Shown piece after piece: positions 1 through 10,344 of a DNA stretch of 64,000 nt. The stretch is taken from NCBI RefSeq assembly GCF_000143415.4, contig NW_003314380.1, positions 144,924-208,923 on the forward strand. The letters run 5' to 3'. Origin of the DNA: Selaginella moellendorffii (Eukaryota; Plantae; Lycopodiophyta). The notes under the pieces were generated by a model. That model ran no database searches and was not told where the DNA came from. It saw nothing but the letters and a program-made list of their open reading frames with translations. Position numbers and translations under genes: made by a program. Within the stretch, counting starts at the first letter, position 1. Every line of letters begins with the position of its first letter.

Positions 1-1573
1 CCTGAAATCCTTCCAGGCGGAGCTCGATTCTCACGGCACAGGCACGGATTTCGTCCGGGATTGCCCCTTCGAGCCGCCGATGTTCGTCCAGTCGCCAATC
101 TGCGCGGGAGTTATGAATATTTCGGACTGGAAGAGGGTCGTGGCTCCAGATCTGGATCGCGCGCTGGAGCGCTCGTGTGGCGGCGATCTTAGCAGCGCCT
201 TGCGGTGCCAGTCGTGCACGGACGATGTCACCAGGGTTGTTCTTGAGCTCCAGGGCCTCTCCAACAGCACCAGCGTCGGCCAACAGTGTGTTTACGTCTC
301 GTGCCTCTATGCCGCCGGGGTGGTCAACAAGCTTGGGCCCAAGGAGCCCTCTACAGCAGTGTGTGTCCTTGGCTTGACTCCACCATCGGCAGGAGCTCCG
401 GGAGGCTCGAGAGGGACCGACGCGAAGCTCTACATTGGCATCGGCGTTGGAGGCTCTGCGATCGCTCTAGCCGGAGCACTGATCGCGTGTATTTTCCTCT
501 TCCACCGGAGACGGAAGAAGCGGGAGCTTGTCCAGTCGTCGCTGGTGGGACTGTCGAGGATGCCCAACCTGGGGCTCATCAAGTTCAGCTTCGAGGAGAT
601 CAAAGCTGGCACGCAGAACTTCAGCTCCAAAAACTTCATCGGCGAGGGTGGCTATGGCCGGGTCTATCGAGGAGTTCTCGCAAAGCGTGGGAACTCGGAG
701 GTGGCGGTGAAAGTCATGAAGGCGAGCTCCAAGGAGAACAATGCCGAGTTTCTCAACGAGGTGGAGGTGATCAACCGGGTGAGACACAGGAATCTCCTCT
801 ACGTCCGAGGAGCTTGCGTCCATGCAAACGGGCCCGACTCGCAGCACATCCTCGTCTACGACTACATGCCAAACGGCTGCCTGCAAACTTATCTCTCGTC
901 CGGAACCTTGTCATGGCAGCAGCGCAGGAAGATCGCCATCGGCATAGCAGTCGGGATAAACTACCTCCACAACGAGGTGGAGCCGTCTATCATCCACAGG
1001 GACATCAAGCCGAGCAACATCCTTCTCGACGAGGATCTCAACGCTCGAGTGGCAGACTTTGGGCTCGCGAAGATCAGCCCCGAGGGGATGAGCCACCTTA
1101 CAACCAGAGTGGCTGGAACTCCGATCTACATGGCGGTCGAGTACGCTCTCTACGGCCAGTGCAGCGACAAAGTCGACGTCTACAGCTTTGGGGTCCTACT
1201 CTTGGAGCTCATGAGTGGGAGGAGAGCTCTCGACACGAGCCAAGAGAACCCGGTGCACTACCACATCGTGGACTGGGCGTGGAGCTTGGTCAAGGCCGGA
1301 AGATTGCCGGAGATCATCGATGAGAAGATCCGGGAGAGTGATCCGGCAGCCATTGTTCTCCAGCAGCGGTTCGTGCTGGTTGGCATACTCTGCGCACACT
1401 TGCTGGTGGCGGTCAGGCCTCCGATCTCTCAGGCTCTCAAGCTGCTCGAGGACAACGATACGATCCCCCCGATTCCAGATCGACCACCGCCTTACATCTT
1501 CGCAGGCCACACTCTGGTCGATGGAGAAGAAGTTAACTTATTTTCCAGTTCTTCTCAGACTTCGGCTCCTTGA
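1..1573 (+). CDS. Receptor-like Ser/Thr kinase with Cys-rich (SPARK-like) ectodomain, RKF3/At1g11050-type; 5' end lies upstream of the window
   Basis: Frame is open from base 2. Cys-rich ectodomain with CLYAAGVVNKLGP, then a TM helix (IGIGVGGSAIALAGALIACIFLF) and RRRKKR. Kinase motifs GEGGYG, VAVK, HRDIKPSN, DFG, DVYSFG. No introns. Confidence 0.9.
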   Translation, partial: LKSFQAELDSHGTGTDFVRDCPFEPPMFVQSPICAGVMNISDWKRVVAPDLDRALERSCGGDLSSALRCQSCTDDVTRVVLELQGLSNSTSVGQQCVYVSCLYAAGVVNKLGPKEPSTAVCVLGLTPPSAGAPGGSRGTDAKLYIGIGVGGSAIALAGALIACIFLFHRRRKKRELVQSSLVGLSRMPNLGLIKFSFEEIKAGTQNFSSKNFIGEGGYGRVYRGVLAKRGNSEVAVKVMKASSKENNAEFLNEVEVINRVRHRNLLYVRGACVHANGPDSQHILVYDYMPNGCLQTYLSSGTLSWQQRRKIAIGIAVGINYLHNEVEPSIIHRDIKPSNILLDEDLNARVADFGLAKISPEGMSHLTTRVAGTPIYMAVEYALYGQCSDKVDVYSFGVLLLELMSGRRALDTSQENPVHYHIVDWAWSLVKAGRLPEIIDEKIRESDPAAIVLQQRFVLVGILCAHLLVAVRPPISQALKLLEDNDTIPPIPDRPPPYIFAGHTLVDGEEVNLFSSSSQTSAP

Positions 1574-1652
1574 ACACTATTTTGGAGCAACTCTTTCTCT
1601 CGCTTACGCCATAGAAGCTGTACAGGCTGTGAGAGACTGGAACCTCTCTCTC

Positions 1653-4199
1653 TCACAAAATCTCCACCAGCAACGGGTCCCCGATCGACAAAGCTCTTAT
1701 TCTTCTCACGATCTCCGAGACGTTTCTAGCGCTCCAGGGACGAACCAAGTGCTTGCTCTTCCGGTAAAACACGGCGGGATCGCGCCTCACGCTCGTCTCG
1801 GCCACGTACTTGAACGCTTCGGAGTCGTAGCTCGCTGGCTTCTCCATGGCCAAGAAGAAGAGCGGTATCGCCAGCTCCGGACGGAGCTCCAGTTTCACCC
1901 CGATTGGAACTAGGGCCTTGAAGTCGCTCACGTAGCGGTGGGGGATGTAGAAGGAATCGGAGCTCGAGACAACGAAGTGCATGTCGTCCATGCTCTTCCT
2001 GTAGTTGGCCAGCATCTTTGGGGACAAGCTACGAACAGCGGCTTTGATGCTCTTCTTGACGCTGCTTGCGAGATACCAGGCCGAGCCAGGTCGCTTGAAT
2101 CCGATAACTTGCCATGTCGTCTTTGGCTGGATGGCTGTTCTGGACTGGAGGGGGAGGAGAGAAAGATCCATCAGGCTGGGCTAGAGCTGGGAAAGAGAAA
2201 CAAGCTCACCTTTTGGAGACTCCAGAGCTTGTTTTTGTTCGAGGTGACGAAGTTCCAGTAGTTGAAGACGGCATCATCTTTGAGATAAAGATAGCCATCA
2301 GCGTGCGGGTAGCGATCAAACACCTCTGGAAGGGACCTGGAACAAAACTCTCAGAAACAAAAACAAGGAAGAAACTTGCCGAAGAACTTACTGATACGTG
2401 AAGTTTCCACCCTCGACTCGAAGGCCAGCATTGCTCTCCCGCGAACGAATCTCAACGTGCTTGAACAAGCGGCTGTAGAACATCCGCCATGCCAGGACCG
2501 TGGCATTCGCGTCGGGCGAGCAGTCGAGCACCAGGACGATGTTGCCAAAGTAACGCCGCCACTTGAGCCAGTCTCCCATCTCCTTCTCCAGCTGCGACGA
2601 CTCGTGGATGCCGAGATAAACCGACGGCAGCGTCTCCGGCACGAACTGGACGTGCTCCGAGTTATACAGCAACGGGTCCACTCGTCCGAGCTCGAGAGCT
2701 AGCATCCGAGGCTGGCGGTACCCAACCGAGACGAGATCTTGCAACCACGCCACCGTCAAGTCGACGTTTTGTGCGCTCCAGTAGCCATTCTCAGCCATGG
2801 AGTGACTGAGATGGAGAATCCGCTGGAACAACGACCGCTTGTCCGACCGCCATGAAACCACGAAGTTGATGAGCCGCTCCATCTTGTGCAAGTCCTTCTC
2901 GTCCTTGAGAAGAATGGGATCCAGTTGATCGACACGGTGCGCTGTAGGAGGGAAAACCACGACCATCCCGCCAACTTCCCACAGCAGCCGCTGAGCCCAG
3001 TAGCCTCGAACGACGTCGGCAGCTCTCGAGCTCACGTCCGCCGGGATCATGAGTGACCAGAGAGCCGGGCTGTGGAACAAAGTGTTGACGGAGCTTACGG
3101 GTGCCATGGTTCCCTGCGGAAGCGCCACTGGCGGCGCTTGCAAATCGAACTCGATGCTCAGGGCCTCGCGCTCCGACCGCCGGGTGTAGTAGAAGAGCGC
3201 ATCGACGTCCGCGAATCCATTCGCCAGCCCCTGCTGGATGAAGTGCCTCCCGGGAGCGATCTCGTTGTAGGCGACTTCGAGAGAGGTCTCTCCCACCATC
3301 CTCACGGGAAAACCTCGCGGCCACATCGATCTCTGGCCAAAGTGGACGTAAGGATTGACGATGGTCCGGTTCTCCACCATCCGGTACTGATATAGAGGCT
3401 CCCTCCTGCCCGAGGTTCCGCTCAGCTCCACGTCGAAGACTTTCTCCAAGTTTCCTCCGCGGACGATGATCTTCTCGTCCGCGTCGTAGATCTTGCGAGC
3501 TCCGTGCTGGATGGCGAAGAGGTAGCCAACGTTTTTCCTCGCGGGACCGTCTGGATCGATGTGGCTCTGGACCCGAAAGTTCAAGCCGGCTTGAGCGTCC
3601 TTGGAGAGGAAAATCGCCCCTGGAACTTCCCACTTGGTGGGAGTTTGAGAGTTTCCAAGAGCTAGAAGCTGCCACCCATCCAGCTTGGCGAGCTGCTGGA
3701 TTTCTTCGCTAGGAGCTCCCGATACCGCCACGACGATCCACTTCTCGGACTTCAAGATCCCCTTGTCGACTTTCGCGCTGGCTGCTTCCAAGTCCACTCT
3801 CGGATATGGAATCTCTTCCCTCTGCCTGGAAGCCGACTCTATGCACGACAGCACCGCATTGTCGCCCCGGCTTCTCACCATCAAGAACACTATCGCGCTG
3901 AGGAACACGAAGAGCCCAATCACGATCTTCGGGAAATTCTCCACCACGAACGACTGAATCGAGGAGGAAGGCTCCGGAGGGGAGGAGCTTGGCGCGGGCA
4001 AAATCGGCCGCCTCTCAGTGTCTTCTTCCACCTCGCTCTCCTCGCTGCCCTCGAAATCTTCCTCATTGCGGCCCGGAATCACGGTGGTGGAGTTCGAATC
4101 TAGCTTGAAGTGCACACCATTCCTGGCCGGAGCCCCAGATCCATCTCGAGCCTCGCCATTCCCAGCCGGGGATGGGTCTATCCTGTCCTGCACGTACAT
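1653..4199 (-). CDS. STL: STELLO-type Golgi glycosyltransferase-like protein (DUF288), 3 exons
   Basis: MYVQDR start (ATG 4199; an upstream in-frame ATG is at 4244). TM segment after ENFPKIV. Motifs EKWIVVAVS, RKNVGYLFAIQHGA, WPRGFP, RGYWAQRLLW. GT-AG introns at 2337-2391 and 2145-2209 restore DGYLYLKDDAVFNYWN in frame. Confidence 0.9.
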
Positions 4200-4288
4200 T
4201 TCGCTTACATGAGCTGCGCGCAAAGATCTAGCGCGGCCTTCCACCAGATCCTACGCCCGCATTGCTGCTCCACGATCACCCAAGAACC

Positions 4289-6878
4289 CTAATTACGACT
4301 TCCCACCAAACATTTGGTAAAAATGACACGCAAAAATGGACGGCCAAGATCTTTTAGCGCCATAGCCGAGATTTCTTCTCGAGAGTTTCTCTCCTTTACC
4401 AGGCTCTTTACCAAACTCAAGAAAAGCTCGCGAAGTAAAGCTAAAGCCATAAATCTAGAAATCGTCTTCAATCTCGTCACACTCGTCGGCAGCACTGGTG
4501 ATAACTTTTGGAGATCTCGGCTTCCAAGCGTCGCGAGTGAACGCGGAAATATTTCGCAGGAATGGAATGTACTCGGTTGCCTGCTCAACCGGACCAATAT
4601 TACTATCTCTCAACGACGCAAAGATCTCCCTCTGCAGCACGAACCGAGAAGAAAAAATAAAAACTTTTGCGTTAGCTCGGATCCACCAAAAGATGTGAAA
4701 GCATCACCTTCTTGCTTGATAGCGAGCGCTCAACTTGCCAAAGCATGGGACTTCTCAGCGTCTGCCATCTGTTTAAAGAACCAAGTTTAAGTTGTCCGGA
4801 GAAAGACAAGAGAAAAAGAAGCTACCTTCGAGGAGCAGGGTGTGTGTTACCAAAAAGAACACCCCGTGCAGCTAAAGAAGCAGCCGCAGCTTCTCCAAGT
4901 TGCGAAGCATTCGTCCATCCGGAATCTAAGAGGGGCCCTCTCGACTGCCAGGAAAATCTTGCACCAACGAGGTCTGCGTCACTTATGTACTGGATGATGT
5001 CCGCAACGTCTTCGATGGCATCGTCATCGACAAAGTCTGGCACTGCACAAAACGATCAAGGATTATAATCAAGAGCTGAGCCAGTACCATTCTCGTGGAG
5101 AAAAGAGACGAGTGTTGAAGCTTCGGCGTGCGACTGGGATATGACTAGCTCGGGATCTTTCATTTGCAAGGGTGGTCTTTGATACTGTTGCTGAAGTGGA
5201 CACGAAAGTTTTTCACCTGCAAAAAAGAAATGTCGGTCACGATTCTTAGACAACAACAAGTACCAACCTGATTCAGACTCCGCGTCGGCCACTCGCTTGT
5301 TGTGCAAGAATTTTCCAAGAGCATGAAATAGAGATAAGATGTGATCCCTACCGCATTTCGAACCATACTGTTCTTTGGGAGGTTCGTCGTCTGGAGTAGA
5401 AGAAGCTCCGCGAACTTGCTGGCGCTTTCGTCTTCTTGACTCGGATTTATCGGATTTCGAACTATTGAGGCAGAGAAATTGGAGATGTAGGATGGCGTGT
5501 CTGATATCTCCCGCGGCGGTTTGAGCAATTTCAGCCACCATTTCGCTAGGTACACGGCATTTCTTCGCTTTGACAAGATTAGCCAAAACTTTTTTAATGG
5601 CGTTTACAGTGATCGGGTTGAAGGCAATCTGTGAAATCGAACTGAACAAAGCGAAAGGAGAGAACAAAACAAAAAAAATACCTTGGAGGCTCCTCCACTC
5701 TCGAGTGTTTTTACTATCTCTCCCATGCATCGTGCCATTGAACTTCCTCGAAAACCATCGTCAGCCACATCTGTAACAACTATAACGGTTGGAAACTTCG
5801 CACCCGCAAGTAACTGGCGAAGTGATTGGAGTAGCTGCCTTTTCTTGTCCTCCCCATTTACTAAAGGTACGTCGTCAATGAGAACGAATTTCGTTCTCCT
5901 AACCGGAGCATTTAGTGGAAGAGAAGGAAACTTGGTTGTTTTGTCCAAAAATGTTTCAAAATCCTTCAGCTTTGAACTATATTTTGATCCTAAAAACCAT
6001 GTCGAGGAAAAAAATTCAGAAAGTTCTTGTCAAGTGTTACCTAGTGTATCATTGTGTAGATGCTCCTTCCAGAGAACAGGCGTTGGAGCAGTCCACTCAC
6101 AAAGCTCGGCATTCATCGTGTTGGCTAAGACTCGCACAACAGTCTACAAGATCCACCGTCTTTCAGAAACGAAGAAAGAAAGAAAAAAAACTGAAGGAAA
6201 GAAAACACTCGCCTTCTTACCGACACCAGCAGGTCCGGTGATCAACAAAAGCTTGCATGAACACTGCAGTGGCAAACAATTTCAAACGAATGTTACGCAA
6301 GAGTTAGTGAAGGGCGAGAGGAAAAAGAGGTTTTACCCAGCCTTACCCCCAAGGGGTTGTCGATTTGGGTTTCCATCCATTGTCTCACTTCTCCAACCTG
6401 GACGAAGAAAGAAAGAAAAAAAACCACTGTTAGAAAAGAGACAGGGAACGACCAAAGCAAAAAATTAACGTTGAAAGAACTAGAACCAAAAGAATCGTAG
6501 CGATGGTGAAGAATGTAAGTGATTTACCTTCTTGCTATGAACTGCTAGATCACTCACACAGGCCGGCCGAAACTTGTCGATCCAAAGATTATCAGAGTCT
6601 TGCCGATTATCTGGAAATCTTAGCTCGCATTGCATTCCATTGTCCATTCCAGCTCACCTCGAGTGCTATCCACCTGTAGAAACGCCATATCCTCCTCGAC
6701 TCGCTCGAACGGCGACCGCGAATCCTGCCGACGCCCGCATTGGGAAAAAAGGAAGCGAGAAGAGAAGGAACTACGAAACCTGGCTGCTCTTCTGCGAGGA
6801 GAGCGATAGCGGCAAGCGATCGTCGTCGTCATCGTCGCTCTCCTCGAGCGCCAAAACGTGGCGCTTACGCTTGGCCAT
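4289..6878 (-). CDS. RAD17: Cell-cycle checkpoint clamp-loader protein RAD17, multi-exon
   Basis: Exon pieces: LWIDKFRP..SDLAVHSKK, Walker A LLITGPAGVGK, EWTAPTP, VLIDDVP, IAFNPIT, GDIRHAILHLQF, GRDHILSLFHALGKFLHNKR, FLHEN, AARGVLFGN. ATG at 6878. Exact internal and 3' exon boundaries are approximate. Confidence 0.88.
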
Positions 6879-6969
6879 AACCTAGGAACCCTAGAAGCCT
6901 GCCACGCGTCAAAAATCTAGCCCATATAAGATAGAACGAAAGCCTCGCTTGTATCTATCTAGCGCAGCG

Positions 6970-7665
6970 ATGAGCTTCTTCGTGCTCTTGGCCGTCGTTT
7001 TCTCTTCCATTCTCGCGAAATCTCAAGCCCAGATTGCTGGTCAGTTCGATCGCTCGGTTTTTTCACTGGAATTCCCAAACTTCTCATTGTTTTCCTGCTA
7101 AACTCGTGTGTGTCTTTATGCAGAGCTTTGCAAGGAATGCAACACTCTCTTCGACAACAAACACAACCATTCGGTCGTAAAGTTTGGGCAGTTTATGTGC
7201 GAGAACTTCTGCGACGAGCAGGGAAAGGTGGTGGGGCTAAACTCCGTGGCTGTGAATGCGGAGGAGATGCTGGTGTGTGATAGATGCAGGAAGAGCAAGG
7301 GCCAGTTCATGTGCTCGCTGTGCAATCCAGAAGAGAGATCGAAGATCCAGGAAGAGGATGAAGACGACGACGATGACGATCTCCCCTATGGAGCTCGAAG
7401 AACACAGTTCTTTTGGACATCGAACGAGACCTCGTGTGACACCTGCCGGGATCGTCTGAAGTCGCCATTCTGCTTCCAGTGCAGCCTCAAGGAAGAGTGT
7501 CGAAGTTGCAACAACACCGTGGAATGCAAAACGTGCGGTGTCTTTCGGCAGCACACGGTTCATGTCTCGAAGCTGTGGCTCGGCGAAGACAAACCATCCA
7601 AAGGAGTGGATGATCTTGGAAATGATCACCAGAGTAATCCAAGCACCACCGGAACTAGAAGTTGA
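6970..7665 (+). CDS. Secreted CxxC-repeat cysteine-rich protein (CRP1), about 203 aa, unknown family
   Basis: Exon 1 (6970-7039) encodes signal peptide MSFFVLLAVVFSSILAKSQAQIA. Phase-1 GT-AG intron at 7040-7123. Exon 2 has 16 Cys, all in CxxC/CxxxC pairs, plus an acidic tract EEDEDDDDDD. TATA-like catataag at about 6923. Confidence 0.8.
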
Positions 7666-8579
7666 CATGTTGATACTCTAGCTTAAGTTCTTTTGGTAAT
7701 GCAAAAGAGCAAATTAAAGTTATTATTAATTAATATAAAATTCAGAACTACCTTATGAAATCACATTGCTCTTTTTTTACTTCCAGTTAATTTGCTTGAT
7801 CCATTTTCGTATTGATTTGTTTTTCAAAAAAGTGTTGTTATGAGAGTTTGTTTAATTGCAATTGGCTGAACCGCTCCAATCCTAGTTGCACTGCTACAAA
7901 CAAATTCAGGAGGGATGTGGAGCATGGGTTCTACCTGATAGTTTCAGCATCACTCCTCCTCACTGGCCCCTTAAACACTGGGCATTGCCTGTTAAGAACA
8001 GGCATGGGGCGGATCTCGAATGTTATATACTTTAATTTTTCTTATCTTTTTTAAAATAAAATTGAACCATGAGAAAAATACAAAAAAATCAAATGTACAA
8101 TGCCATTATTGGGCCCCTAACATTATAGTTATTTTTAATTATTGACGGTCCCTAGAATGACCTTTATAAACAACTCTGTTCTGTTGTGTTCTGTAAACTC
8201 ATGCTTCATTAAGTGATCTCTGGAGTTCTGATGGAATTTTCTACAATTTTGTAACTGTAACAATTGCATCACTTTTCGAGGTTGATATACGGACATAGAA
8301 AAAAAAAAAATGTATCAAATTCTGCATTGTCAACGCTATGTGGCTCAAGCTTCGCACGCAAATGTTCCACATAGAAAGAAGAAATAAATATAAATAAAGC
8401 TAAAGTTCTGTGACAAGGCTACATTCTATTCCCCTAATAAACAGTAATACAAAAAACAAATACACTCCTGTAGTGTCGTAGAAACCAACGTATCTCTCTA
8501 TAGTATTTAAACACACCATAGCTTCTCTCACACAAAACTTTATTTTTTTCTTCTTCTTTCCTCTTGTTAATATACATCA

Positions 8580-9197
8580 ATGGCGGGCTCTCTTTTCACT
8601 CTTTTCGCTCTTGCTCTTTTCTTCTTGATTGCAGCACAGCAGTCCCAAGCTCAAGAAGGTAAACTCAATCTAACTTTCTCAAACAAAATTCAATTCTAAC
8701 TTCTTCTTCTCGCAGACTATCTAAAACGAGTTTGCGACGGTTGCACCACCACAAAAAAACCGCTCCTTTGCAAGCTCTGTGACATTGCACAGAAGCAAGC
8801 CGCAGCAAAACCTCCAACCATGGTGACGGAGATCCCTCAAGAGGAAGCCAAGAAGGAGGCCCTGGGCATCGCCCAAGCCGCCAAGCCAATCCACTACACA
8901 AGTGCCAAGGTCGAGAAGAAGGACTGCGCGGAGAAATGCCCCAAAGGAAGCATTGTATACTACCTCGACGAGTGCACGGAGTGTAGGACGGAAGTCACCA
9001 CCCTTCCAGTCTATCCCGATGGAATGGACATCTCCAAGAGCTACTTTTGCACCAAACTTTGTGCCAGCAACTTCTTCAAGGGATCCAAGATGTGTAAGTT
9101 CTGCTGGGCAACATCGCCATCGCCATCTCCATTGCCTTCTCCGGCCCCGGCGCCGACGCGAATGCCAAAGAAGAAGAACCCGCCTAAACACCACTGA
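8580..9197 (+). CDS. Secreted CxxC-repeat cysteine-rich protein (CRP2), about 186 aa, with SP/AP-rich tail
   Basis: Exon 1 (8580-8658) encodes MAGSLFTLFALALFFLIAAQQSQAQE. Phase-1 intron at 8659-8715 joins in frame to the 8820-9197 ORF. 12 Cys in six pairs. Tail SPSPSPLPSPAPAP...PPKHH. Confidence 0.82.
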
Positions 9198-9701
9198 GTG
9201 TTTTTAGATCCAGCGTAGTTTAGTCGAGGAAATAAGGAAAAGCACGGACCTGTGTGTTGTTTCCAAGATAGGCCTAGTGTTTGATTCGATCTGGTTGTCT
9301 GTGCAGTAGTGATAGTTTGTAGTAGTTTGATTCTTCGCAATAAATCTGGCAAAACTTTCTTCCTTCCAATTTTGTTTCACGACCAAGTGCCGATCAGTCT
9401 GTTCCAGAGCCATGAGCGCAATGAAATCGCTGGAACGATGTTTTACCTCAGTCGTCTCGCCGCGCTAGTTTGTCCCTGCATTACCTTCACTTCGGTTCGT
9501 ATCGCCCAAGCGCACTTAGAGAGGACTTTAAATCTGTCTCAGCCTAGAACATAAAAGTTTGTCACGATTGTCAAAAACAGATGAAGATCACGAAGCGCCA
9601 AACCAAAGTTTTTGTCCAAATGTCCGATTGAATCATGACTTCTCCCAGACAAGGAGCTCCATAAATTCTCTTGTTCCGGGAAGCTTTATCCAATCTCTCG
9701 C

Positions 9702-10274
9702 ATGGATCTGGCAAGAGTTATTAGTATCATTTTGGTTCCCCATGCCTTGCTTCTCTTGATGCAGTCTCACGCACAAGGCTTACCAGGTTAGTGCTCTACA
9801 AAACTTCCGCGTTGATCATTCTTCTCGCTATCTGTGTCTCCAGATACATCTGAGCTTTTCGCTGAGATTCCAAGGCCTCTAGAAAACACAACTTGTGAGA
9901 AATGCACCGACCCAATGACAAACACTCAGTGCCTCGGTTGTAGCATCAAAAGCATTTGCCACAAATGTAACACCTCCATGGTATGCCTAACCTGCATGAA
10001 TTTCGGCATCGAGAACATGTTAGAGAGTTCGTTTGTCGAGAAAAGTATCAGCAAGGACCTGAAAGAAACTGTGTGTAAGCTCTTTTGTCGACGCGAGATG
10101 GACTTCTGGATATCAAGATCAGCGCTCTGCCGTTCTTGTAGCTCTTTACCTCCGTCCCACTCCCCGGTTGCATCTCCAATACCATCTCCCTTTTGGGGTC
10201 GTCCCAGACAGAAACGTCAAGCTCCAGCTCCAGCTCCAGCTCCAGCCCCTGGATATCACGGATACCATCACTAG
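9702..10274 (+). CDS. Secreted CxxC-repeat cysteine-rich protein (CRP3), about 171 aa, with SP/AP-rich tail
   Basis: Exon 1 (9702-9786) encodes MDLARVISIILVPHALLLLMQSHAQGLP. Phase-1 intron at 9787-9843. 12 Cys in six pairs. Tail QKRQAPAPAPAPAPGYHGYHH. Confidence 0.8.
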
Positions 10275-10344
10275 TTTAGCGCCCGAGAAGAAACATAATA
10301 ATTCACTGGCATACCTTTGTCAGTTGTCTGGAAATGAGAAAATT

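Noticed and set aside
2280-2300. Apparent frameshift in STELLO exon 2
   Set aside because: On re-reading, the frame is continuous (GGC TAT CTT TAT CTC AAA GAT GAT).
7124-7665. CRP1 as a nuclear zinc-finger or multiheme cytochrome
   Set aside because: An upstream signal-peptide exon is present, there are no CxxCH heme motifs, and the spacing does not fit RING, PHD, LIM or B-box. Metal binding is still not excluded.
7960-8160. GC-rich words (ggggcggatct, gggcccct) in AT-rich DNA suggestive of a MITE end
   Set aside because: No matching second terminus or TSD could be found.
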